This document shows, in pieces, positions 53,591 through 64,000 of a DNA stretch of 64,000 bases; position 1 is the stretch's first letter, and each line of letters starts with the position of its first letter. The translations under genes and the position numbers were made by a program. The notes below the pieces were generated by a model. It was not told the origin of the DNA, ran no database searches, and saw nothing but the letters and a program-made list of their open reading frames with translations. This DNA comes from Pocillopora damicornis (lineage: Eukaryota): NCBI RefSeq assembly GCF_003704095.1, contig NW_020847128.1, forward strand, positions 1-64,000. Reading direction: 5' to 3'.

Positions 53591-55121
53591 AATTCTTCAG
53601 CGTCTGCCTTTCTAGTAAATTCCCAAGCGATTGCAGTCAGCAGCAAAAAAATTTAAATCTATACGCCTTGATAGGCATGCTCTAATCTGAAGGAAAAGCT
53701 TTAAAGCCTTAAGAACACTTATTATTATCTTCAACGATAAATCTCAACTAGAGACCTACACTCATCGTCGCGATCATGATTCATTTTATTGTGTAAAAGA
53801 CTAAGGAATAAAACTATGATTTCACTCACCTGCTCTATAGAACACGAGTCCAACCCTTGATTTTTTGAGTCCATAAATTTTCAGATGATTCGAACAATCT
53901 CGAGAAATAATAATGCCTCGTCAGTGCAGAACAGAGTTGCAAATCTTCACTGTGGCACCAGTTTTTTTTACATGCAGTACTACCGCTGACAGTTTGCAGA
54001 TTATGCTCTTCAGATTGTTTGTTTACGGACAACCCTGTATGATTTTCTAAAGAATGGTCCCATGGAGAGAAATGTGATACTTCAAAATGTTCAGTAATCT
54101 GCTGAACTATCGAAATAAGGTTGTAGTCATCTTCTTAGGGGTGACCGATGGAAATGTCGTGGAGAAAATCAGCGAAACGCTATCAAGGTATGGTAAATGT
54201 CTAGAAGTGATCACGATCAAATTCACCTCAGCTTGCTGTAATTCAGGCGACTTAAACGTTTTGCAAAGAAGACTTAATTGACTCGGTGTATTGCTTGAGG
54301 ATTGATGATTGCTCATATACTCGAATAGGTTGGTCTGGGAATCGGGATTTTGGTGGAAAGAGAATGATTTTAGGTAGAAGTAACAACTTAACGTTGTGTA
54401 GTCTTCCATTCAAGCTGATTTATTTCACCTAAGAAACAACAGGTTGAAAGCGCTATAGCTCTTTTTCATGATGCTCATAAGATAGCGTTTTTTGAAACTC
54501 ACGTACATTTTATTTATCTCAGACTCTTTTCACTGAAGCTGAAAATGTAAACGTCACCAAAATATGCAATAATTGATTTTGTTGTTTGAACGTTAATTGC
54601 CGTGTTAAAAAATTAGCAACTGCCCCGCAGAGATTTAATCATACATAGCACATTGGCACTTAATAGGTCCAGAATCGGTGAACTTTTTAAGAAAATCGGA
54701 GGGTGGTTTTTCCTGTTTCCCCACTACAGCCAAAATAATCGAAACTGTTCAGAAACAGATCAGTAACCACCGAAGTTATATAACTGATATCATTAGAGTG
54801 AAGAGGAACGATGTCGCACGTGAGAAGTTTATAAATGCTTTAATGAAATTGAGATAGATACATTACATTGTACTTTTTTTTAGCCAATTTTGTGTTTAAA
54901 AATGAGGCCTTTCGTCATAAACAAGGAAAACTGGCTAACTATAATTGTATATATTTTCCAACAACTGGCTTTTGGGTCTTCCATATCCCAACTATCTTAA
55001 AACCCACATTTACTGAGCTACTTTTTTTAAACTTTTTTTCCCTTAATCAAAAGCGCATGAAAATGTAGACAAACAGCGGTTGGCTAAAATGCTACACTTA
55101 TCACTATATAGAGTGTCATAT

Positions 55122-55332
55122 TTAACCCTTCAGCTCCCATGAGTGACCAAGACAGAATTTCTCCTTACAATATCAATACAATATCAACCGCACAAGTGAT
55201 GAGAATAAAGAAAAATATCAATGAGGGGATTATAAGTTGATCCAATACCAAATTCTCCAAACAATCATCACAATAACTGTATGGCAGACAGTAAGGAGAA
55301 TTACTAATGAGATCTTGGGAGTTAAAGTGTTA
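55122..55332 (+). mobile_element. piggyBac-like MITE
   Basis: ttaacccttcagctccc...tgggagttaaagtgtta, with inverted termini and a TTAA flank. Confidence 0.65.
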
Positions 55333-55563
55333 CAGCGAAAAAATGCTTACGAAAATTTCTTACTCGGAATGAAATGCATGTTTAATTAACTAAAAAGCGA
55401 TAAAAAAGCTTGACAACGTTTAAAAAAACAAGTTAACGAGTATTTCTTTTTTAATCCACTTACTGATTTTGCATGCAAGGTTAATTTTTTTTCGGCAAAA
55501 ATTGATTAAGACACGTGATACAGGGGAGCTATTGCAGTGCTTGTAAGGGAGCAGCACATTGAC

Positions 55564-55777
55564 TTAACCTTTTACGCCCCAACATCAGAATGCATATTCT
55601 CCACACTGTTCTTTATACATTTCCTAAGGTGCTGACAGAGAGAATTTGTTTGCCAATCAGAAGGATCTTTCCCTAGTGACCATTTCCTTTACTCTCATGA
55701 CCTTAATGTGTGATTCAGGGGTCAGATATTGTAGGAAGAAATTAGATGCTAATCACTCTTAGGATTTAAAGGATTAA
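55564..55777 (-). mobile_element. piggyBac-like MITE, inverted copy of the 642-853 family
   Basis: TTAA-flanked. The reverse complement aligns with 642-853 (aagagtga.tagcat.taatt...tctgatgtt.ggg.gtaaa.ggttaa). Confidence 0.7.
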
Positions 55778-56095
55778 GAACAACTTAATATCACCTTAGA
55801 GAACCCGCTAGTAAGCAAGATACTTTATCGTCCCACTTTCGGCAGAATTTGTGAATTCATTCAAGGGAAAATAATGCGACCAACATTTTCTTGATCAATT
55901 TTCCTCGGGTGAGACACTTATGTGTTTATTATACAGTTCTCGAGAGATTATTCTCTGGACAGTTCTTCTCTTAAAAGTGGTTGTATTTTTAGCAACTTAA
56001 CATATGGCAGACTTTGCGTCTCACTGAGCTTTACAACGTTCTTTACGTTTTGCAAGTCCTCTTAACGTTCAATGATAACCATACTTTACTTGGGT

Positions 56096-59000
56096 TCATT
56101 GGAGTTTAGATATAAGCCACGCCCTAAATCTGAACAATATGAAGAGGAACAAATGCACCATTGTTTGCGTTACAATTAACAAGAAGAACACCATAAAAAT
56201 GGCACGACCTGGTTCTTTTTCGTAATCAATGATCTGGTATATGTAATTCAGGCCTTCCTTATTCTTTCCCCCAGCGCCCCAGTAAATCACGCTGAAAAGC
56301 ACGTAGATCGAAGAAAACGCATGAGGATAGAAAAAATGCAGCAGACGGATGGGAATATTACTAAATACGACTTCTATCAGCATAAAAACGGCAGCTAAAA
56401 TATGTTCGTTTATGTTCAAACCATCGATTGCTCCACCTTTTACAGGGTACAGCGTTGACCAATAGAAAATGGTGATTACCAGCGAAGTAACACTTCCTAT
56501 GTCGAAAAGTACCCACAATACCTTCTGTGGCCAGCTCAGCCCGTCTTCATCATCTTCTTTAGTGGCATAGGATGTCCCTTCGTCTTCGGTCTCGTTTTCA
56601 TCTTCGGAAGACAATCCCACGATGTAGGTTTCCGACTTGAAACGGCGAGGTCCGTAGCCAGCCGGGTCATCTTCGACTCCAGATCCGCAGCAATAGTGGG
56701 TAGTAATGAACATGGCAAGCAGAAAGTAAGCGGTTACAAAGGTAAGGACCCAGTTACTAAGGAAAATGAACCAGTAGTTACCATCGCTAAAGCCACTGTA
56801 GATCAACCATGACAGAAAGTAGAAGGCGGCGATGAGGCGGTAAATGAGGAACAAAGGAAGGGGTAGCCACTGTTGAGACAAAATACTGCCAGTCAGTCGA
56901 TACCGAGAGCAAAGATAATCTTCTTACATCACCCTCCCAATCTGTAACATACAATTTATAAATCCGCCGGGAACTGATTTACCGCAGATTGAGAATCCAC
57001 AGACTAACCAAACCTTGTAAAAACTGTTTTTAGATTTAAGAAAAATTCGACTACATACTTTTAGTCAGTAACCTGGCCTCTTACTCTGACTTGTCAGTCT
57101 CTCTCCTCTCTTTCCCATCCCTGTAGTACCTTTCCTTAAAACAAACTGCATGCTACACAGGCAGGCATGCCTCCCTTGTATAATGACCGCGCGTTGTAGT
57201 TTTGCGTAGAAGGCAGGTGCACTGATTTATTTAAATATAACGGCGTCCATGGTCAAATTTTTCAGTTGCCCATTTGAAAACAATATCGAGCTGTTAGATT
57301 ACACATTGAGACTCAAAACCGTGGTGAGAAGCAAATTTTCGTTCAAAATTTTTAAAGGGGAGATGAAAATTATGAAAATGGTTTTTGAAGCATACGTATA
57401 TTCTTTACACATCCTGGGTGAAAAGTTCGCCTGGGAAAGGCACTTGGTTGAAAGAGAATGTGAATTGTTGGTCGACAGTTAGTGTTGGGTCGTGTTATTA
57501 AGATGTACTGGATCATTAACGTATGTTTCTGAACTGTATTTCCACTGGGTTCTATGTGATTGCGCGCACGGGTCCTTACGAGTCATGGATACTTATACTT
57601 CGCTCACAATTCGAAGGAAAGGTCGTTGGTTTTCCATGCTAGAAAAAATTACGATATTAATTTTTTTATCGTAGGATTTTAGAACATACAGGTTCTAAAC
57701 GACCAGCACAATCACTTGCGCTATCTTCGATTTTAGGGGCCACATGTACTTGGCACGAAACACACGTTTTGCACCGTTGAGTGATTGCAATTTCTGCGCG
57801 GGCTATACCAATACAATCTGAAACTACTGGAGCCCGATATTTTTTTTCGCGAGTAAAGCGAGGTTTTTGTTATGAAAACAATCGTATGTCAATACTGTTT
57901 CACGACCGAAGTCATTTATGAACGAAAATTTTTATAGTGCTTCTCAGCATCATTTACCTTCTCTTGTTATTGTCTTAGGAGTAATTTTAAAATTTCTAAT
58001 TTGATGAAATAGAAATATAAGCAGAACTAATAAACGGTTATGAATAATTATAACAATCTTCTGTGGTGTGTTTCAAATACATTTGTTAAACAATCAGAAA
58101 GTCTTGTTCGCTCTTAATCTCATTAAACTGCATATGGTGAACGTACCTTATAAGAGCAATGAGTATCTGATTCATGAAGTCTACCAAGTGTGATAATTTA
58201 AAACAGTTTTCGGCTGTGCAAGTTGTTAGCGTTGCATAAAATATTTTAGTCAATATTTGTTTATTTTACAGATAATTGCGAATTAGTGGGAGCTCAAAGA
58301 GGCTCCATTCCCATGATGTAACTCTCCTGAAGTCCTGCGGGACTCCATGAAACTTCTGCTGCTGTGTAACTTTTTTAAAGTTGAAAGATAATTACGCTGT
58401 TGGCTATGGAACCTTAAGTTCGTGCGCGGAAACCGTGTTTGAATAATTAGATCAAGTAGCATCATTTAAGCGAATGAAAATCATACAAGGTAATTTTTTA
58501 AAAAGGTAAAGATTTTAACCGATTTTGTTCGTAATGTAATCTTTTGATACCGTCAGTTTTATGAACACGAAGTTTTAATGGACTTAACATACCTGTTATC
58601 GCAGTATTTCTAGAAAGTATTTGACTATATTGATAACTCACTGAAATCCCTTGAAGGGCGACCGTCGAAGCGCGCCACTTCATAATTATTACTCTTCCCA
58701 TGAACAGTAAACGTTGATCCAAAGATTTTGGCGCCATTACAGAACCACAACGATCTTTTACTTTTCTTGAAATGGGGGTCTCTCACCAATTTTAAGAGAA
58801 TGCATTTGTTACAAATGTCAGTTTCATAAATGGCTTGACAAAATTCGTGATCCAGTAACTCACGTCTTATTTATGCCTTCTAGATAATGTATTCACTGGC
58901 AGATAAAGGCTTGATTTACAAAGAATTCAGTGCTCTTTGCCATTTACAAGGACTTTCATTCATTGTGGGAAGAAAACTAAACTTCTCTTCATTTTCGGAA

Positions 59001-59213
59001 ATTCTTTAAACAATCTTTGATAAACACGCTCCGTGCAAGGAACAAATGAAAGACCCTACAGTAATCTGTCTCTGATCAGATCGTGAATCTAAAAGGGAAA
59101 TGTTCCTTGCCTTAAAAAGTCGAGGTACTCACCGGCGATGTCGCAAACGCACTTGCATAAGGATGACTCAATTTGAGACGACGGAAAGCAAATTCCTCTG
59201 GGCAAAGGCACAT
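56096..59213 (-). CDS. Rolling-stone-like multipass membrane protein, ~284 aa, 2 exons
   Basis: Exon 59213-59133 (MCLCPEEFAFRRLKLSHPYASAFATSP, gtgagt donor) joins in phase 0 to 56869-56096 (WLPLPLFLIYR...WFIFLSNW...ITIFYW...NEH...IPIRLLHF...YVLFSVIYW.AGG...IYQIIDY). These motifs are typical of the rolling stone family. Confidence 0.85.
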
Positions 59214-60045
59214 GTTGAAACGCTCGAAGTTGCGTTCACATCTCCATGAAATAAAACGAAGTGACGCTTGAATACCGACTGACCTTCTGGAACTTGCAAA
59301 TTTTGGGCCCTCGGTCCGCAGTGATGCATGTCTAACGCGTCCCTCGGGAAACCAAGGTTTCATATAATTTTGATTCATGAAAGGCCTTTAAATACTTCCA
59401 GTGGTATTTATTTTGGTGCAATGTAAAGGAAATTGTCTGTGAAAAGTCAAATGATTACAGTTATGTCATTCTTATGTAAGAATGATTCACTATCTTCAAA
59501 AATATTTATCACCGGGAAACGATTAGTATTCATGACTTTATAGACACCAAAACAATACAACTCAAGATGGGTCTACAAAACACTTTTGAATCCATTATTC
59601 CCTTAAGTTACGTAAAGGGGGACTGTGAGTGTAGCATTANNNNNNNNNNNNNNNNNNNNNNNNNNNNNNNNNNNNNNNNNNNNNNNNNNNNNNNNNNNNN
59701 NNNNNNNNNNNNNNNNNNNNNNNNNNNNNNNNNNNNNNNNNNNNNNNNNNNNNNNNNNNNNNNNNNNNNNNNNNNNNNNNNNNNNNNNNNNNNNNNNNNN
59801 NNNNNNNNNNNNNNNNNNNNNNNNNNNNNNNNNNNNNNNNNNNNNNNNNNNNNNNNNNNNNNNNNNNNNNNNNNNNNNNNNNNNNNNNNNNNNNNNNNNN
59901 NNNNNNNNNNNNNNNNNNNNNNNNNNNNNNNNNNNNNNNNNNNNNNNNNNNNNNNNNNNNNNNNNNNNNNNNNNNNNNNNNNNNNNNNNNNNNNNNNNNC
60001 ACAATTAAGGAAAACGTTGGAGGTAGCCAGTGAGAATTCAAAGTA

Positions 60046-60868
60046 GAGGGGGACATGGGGGGTTCTGAATACCGCAACACCACAAACAAAATAGAACAAA
60101 CACCGCATCACCGCAAGAAATATTATCAACACGCCGACACCGCAAGATTTACTTGGTCTAAATGTTTTTTTTTTTTTTTTTAAAAACGTAATTACCGTTA
60201 CTTCTACTTTTCAAACACAAGAAACACATCACAAGACAATCCTACCGCCTTCTCCGCATGTAAAATTCCTTGCTGTCGTCTACACTTCATTCTAAGATGA
60301 GCCAAAGAAGTTACTGTTGCCAAGTGATACGACAGTGTTTCCGTTGGGTCAGTCTTCCGTCCTTTGAAGTTATAACATATTCCCGCAAAAAGTGAAGTTC
60401 ACAGTTTGCTTCCTTTGATTTCACGACTTCCTTTGTCTAGTTTTTTTTTGTTTCAAATCCATTTTCTATTTCATAAAAAATTTTATACAGTTAGTCATCG
60501 TGGGGACTAACACTATAGCAGCTAAGTTTATCGTTTGTCTATCTATGTGGTCTACGATGATGTCGACTAGTTGTGCTTCATCTTATAAAGAACCGGGTGG
60601 TCCGCTGTCATTCATTGGTTTAGCAATAACTGTGGTTGGCATATAAACTCAGGGAGAGTACCATGCTTTGCCATGGTCGTCGTTGAAGGATAAACTGCAA
60701 CACCAGAAATGGTTTATTTCACCGAACACCGTCGGTTTGAAGCTACAAACATCGTAAACCGTAAGCTTTGAGATCATCGCAACACCGCGATACCAATTGT
60801 TCTTCACCACAATACCGCATCAAAAAAAGAGTCAACACCGCAACACCGCAAACCCCCATGTCCCCCTC
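60046..60868. mobile_element. Non-autonomous DNA transposon with GAG...CTC TIRs and 6-bp TSD
   Basis: TIRs gagggggacatgggg / ccccatgtccccctc. AAAGTA flanks both ends (60040-60045 and 60869-60874). Many ACCGCA subterminal repeats. Confidence 0.8.
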
Positions 60869-62166
60869 AAAGTAACATGCAGCAAGCACACTGCCTGAAG
60901 CGCGGGAAAACGCGAGCCGGAAAAAGACGGGGGTTGGTTTTGGTTTTGCGCTTGATTGATTTCTTGAAGCAGTGCAAGATTGTTTTTAAACCAGTTACAA
61001 AGCCTCTGCGGCGAATTAAAAACAAAACAATTCAATCCTGGATTTCCTTAAACATATTCCTGGCTACGATTCGCAGATATCTGAATGGTTCTCCCCCTTG
61101 GCATAAAAGACGGCTTCATGTCTACTTCAGTATTCCCAATCGAATTGAGATCACTTGATAATTCATGAGAGAGACTGCTATTTTTCTGTTTGTACCTTCG
61201 AATTCCTTGCACTCAGCTGAGTGTAAAAAAGTGCACAAGACGGCAAGCTGCTAAAGGAATCACCTTCTGATCTGAATCGGGTGGTATCAAGGCTGAAAAA
61301 AAGTAAGCCCAATTTTGCTAAACTGACGGAGGTGAGACCTGTTAGATGAACAGTTTGAAAACAAAATAAGAAGGTCATCCTCCATACTTAGTAGATTTTA
61401 GATGTCTTTCATTCGGTTGTCACCCAAAAAATCCACAGTACATATCTGAGCTGAATGGATACTTTAATCGTTATTTTTTGTGCTTGGAGAAAAAATTTAC
61501 TTTTCAGTTTGTGTGTCATATTGTAGTTATTGCAAGTTATTTTACAGACGGTGTACAACATGTTAGGCTGTTTCCTGCTGATGTAAAGGGCGCAAGAGGC
61601 CTTGTTCGCTTAGTGTCACAGGTTAAAGTTTTTATAAGACAAAATGGCAGGAAAATTCGAGATACATGTACCTGAGTTTAATTTTACAGGTCCCTAATCG
61701 TTGTATGAACTACTCGCGGTTTAATGCCACGAAAATGTCAATGGAAAAACGTTTATGTCTTACGATTTTGCAAACATCTGTCTTGTTTAGCAGATTAATC
61801 TTACATATATAAAGCGTTTTTGTCTAAAAGGTCAAATCTAAACCTTTCGTGATGACAGACGAGACTGTTTTTGGTTCAAAGATCAAGACTGTCTCTTTTT
61901 CACCTGGCAACGATGGCTTTACGATCTCTTGTGTTCAGAAAACTTGCGAGGTTAATAATTCAGAATTTTGTTTTTGTTCCATCTCTGTTACTAATCACTG
62001 ATTTTTTTTTAGATAAATAATTTAGTTTCCAATGTAAAGAAGCAAGTTACGCATTTCTGTCTAGGCCTTTACAAAACATCTTTGTAGTCTCCAGGAGGCT
62101 AATTTTAAAGGTATTTATTTAAAGAGAAACGTCTCGCTTTTGTCTTTGAATTCAAGGAGGTCTGTC

Positions 62167-62205
62167 AAGGAGCATCTACACCTGTGACAGGTGTAGATGC
62201 TCCTT
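62167..62205. repeat. Perfect 39-bp palindrome (19-bp arms, 1-nt spacer)
   Basis: aaggagcatctacacctgt-g-acaggtgtagatgctcctt. Confidence 0.95.
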
Positions 62206-62540
62206 CGTGATCTTACTATTGCGCCCACGATTTATCGCAATCTTTCAGCCGGGATACCAAATCCCACAGCCTGTGGACTCTTTCTGTCCTTTGAAATCGG
62301 TGATAATACTGAAGATCAGGGAATTATTTCAGCACCTCTTTCTGGTAGAACGCATTCGAAAACAATTAAAAACAGTTATCGAAAACACGTTTCTTACACA
62401 ACCCTAGCAAACAAGGACTTTGCATGAACCTCAACAAGCTACACACGTGTTTCTTGGGTTTTTTTTTAAATTTTAATTTTCAGACAAGGAGTAGATAAAT
62501 AGAATAAGAGAGATGGCAATTTTTTTTTTTTTTTATCGAA

Positions 62541-62625
62541 ACGCGGAATATGAAGGTCTGAGGTTCGATTCCTCATGGAGACTCAGAATTTTTTCTTCGT
62601 GACAAGACGGAAAACATCCTTCTCT
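62541..62625 (+). mobile_element. tRNA-derived SINE fragment
   Basis: B-box GGTTCGATTCC at 62562-62572, followed by tcatggagactcagaatttttt, which is homologous to the hairpin arms at 14784-14855. Confidence 0.5.
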
Positions 62626-63560
62626 AAGGAGTAGATAGCTTCAGAACGCTTTGGCGATTGTGTCGCAAAGACAAAGCTGGTGAAAAAAATGATAGGAACA
62701 AATTTAAGGGAATTAGAAAAATACATAAAAAAACGTGACCGCCGCTGACCAAGTCATGATTTGAAACTTTAGTGTGGAACATGAAAAACTGAGAGAATGG
62801 CGCAAATTTTGGAGACCAATGATAACGTGAAGTACAGTACAACCAGTCAATTCCCACTGGACTACTTTTTAGAATCAGTGCATTGTCAATCCATTCACCT
62901 TACAAGTGATACTAGAGTTCACCAGCGCACTCTTATTGATAGAGATTAATTACTTTTTAAAATAATCAAAACCCGGTCCAAGCGATCGCTCATAGGCAAT
63001 ATCAGACTACAGAATAGCTTACCATTAAATTTTCGTTGGAGAAAAAGAAAGGTCATGTGCTGGAACGGCATGGTTGGTGAATAGATGTAACGTAATTTGT
63101 ATGTTACACAGGAAAGACTTGAGAGGTCACTTTAGTCGCTCTAAGAGTTATTTCTGCAGGAAGTCAAACCAGGATGGATTGCAATTAGGTAGCTTGCGCC
63201 ATTTTCGGCTGTATGTTTTCTCAGCGAAGGAGACAAAACTTGACACGAAAGACTGTTTTCTCAAGCTAGAAATGAATAAGATCCCTTTTTTGGCGTTTTC
63301 CCGCCAATTCTCCCTGGGTTCCTTCGGCTGAAACCGGAAAGGGACGGGGATGCCATTCTAAAAAAAAAAATGGTTTTAAAAATTTAATTAATCTGATCTT
63401 CGCACCAATTAACAGTAGCCTCCAATAGTTAGTCGACTTCAAAGTAGACATAGACACATATTAAAGTTCTCACAGCAACCAGGTGGACAATCAGACATGG
63501 CGGTTTGCTTCCTGACGCCTATTTACACCTCGTCAGAAAAAAGGCCGCTAATTAATGATC

Positions 63561-63671
63561 ATATAAAAGGACCTTGTTGCAGCGTTAGATCACCCCTGAT
63601 GAAGGCACTAGACAGGAGTGTCGAAACGTTAGGTCTATGAATTATCACTTCTTCGGTCATATTCATTAAAT
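63561..63671 (+). ncRNA. Penelope-like pLTR remnant containing a minimal hammerhead ribozyme motif
   Basis: TATAAAA at ~63562. CTGATGA-A-GGCACT-agacagg-AGTGTC-GAAA-CGTT-AGGTC at 63596-63635, with a 6-bp stem II and palindromic AACGTT. GACCT (63570-63574) is complementary to AGGTC. ATTAAA at ~63665. Confidence 0.6.
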
Positions 63672-64000
63672 CTGTAAACCAGAGTAGCATCAAACCATGT
63701 CTAGACATGCACATTTACAATGAATTTATGTTATCCCAAGTGGCCAATAGATTGCACAATCAGACAGAAAACGAACTATGATAAAATTAAAAAGGGGTTG
63801 ATTGGGTGCTGAGTAACCCCTTCATGATACCTGCCGAATATTTGAAAATTTCCGGAAGTGAAAGGTGGCAAGTCGTTACCGGAAAATGTTTTTCTTTGTT
63901 GGTTGCAGGCCAAAAAGAAATGTCTGAATATGGATGAAAATATGCCTTTCTACAGCGTATAGACCATTTAGCGATTAGTTGTGAAGGACTTACTTTCAAT

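Noticed and set aside
47000-56000. Many short ORFs downstream of Brachyury
   Set aside because: No recognisable domains or phase-consistent exon chains; consistent with 3' UTR and intergenic DNA.
59567-60132. ORFs spanning N runs (also 832-1402 and 34037-34258)
   Set aside because: Artefacts of translating assembly gaps.
62541-62625. tRNA gene
   Set aside because: A B-box is present but there is no cloverleaf or A-box, so it is a SINE fragment.

Overview
AT-rich, intron-containing animal DNA, most likely a stony coral or other anthozoan, judged from the Brachyury sequence, the GPCR type and the repeat families. It is a scaffold with several 100-N joins. The ORF track splits most genes, so I rebuilt them by checking GT-AG splice sites and intron phases. 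From left to right: (1) a fragmented tandem cluster of Roc-COR GTPase genes (two copies in inverted orientation across a gap) plus death-domain 3' exons, with a decayed ISL2EU/Harbinger-type THAP-DDE transposon in an intron; (2) a 6-exon ZP-domain membrane protein; (3) a single-exon rhodopsin-class GPCR; (4) a 6-exon C-type lectin-EGF-EGF-stalk-TM receptor; (5) three exons of a SABATH-family (Methyltransf_7) methyltransferase with an in-frame stop, on a small gap-bounded contig; (6) a complete 7-exon Brachyury gene; (7) a 2-exon rolling-stone-like membrane protein. There are many MITEs and SINE fragments, two Penelope-type minimal hammerhead ribozyme motifs and a perfect 39-bp palindrome. The best leads are the Roc-COR/tandem death-domain cluster (probably with a mis-oriented contig), the hidden SABATH methyltransferase and the hammerheads. 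No database searches were run; family calls come from motif recognition.
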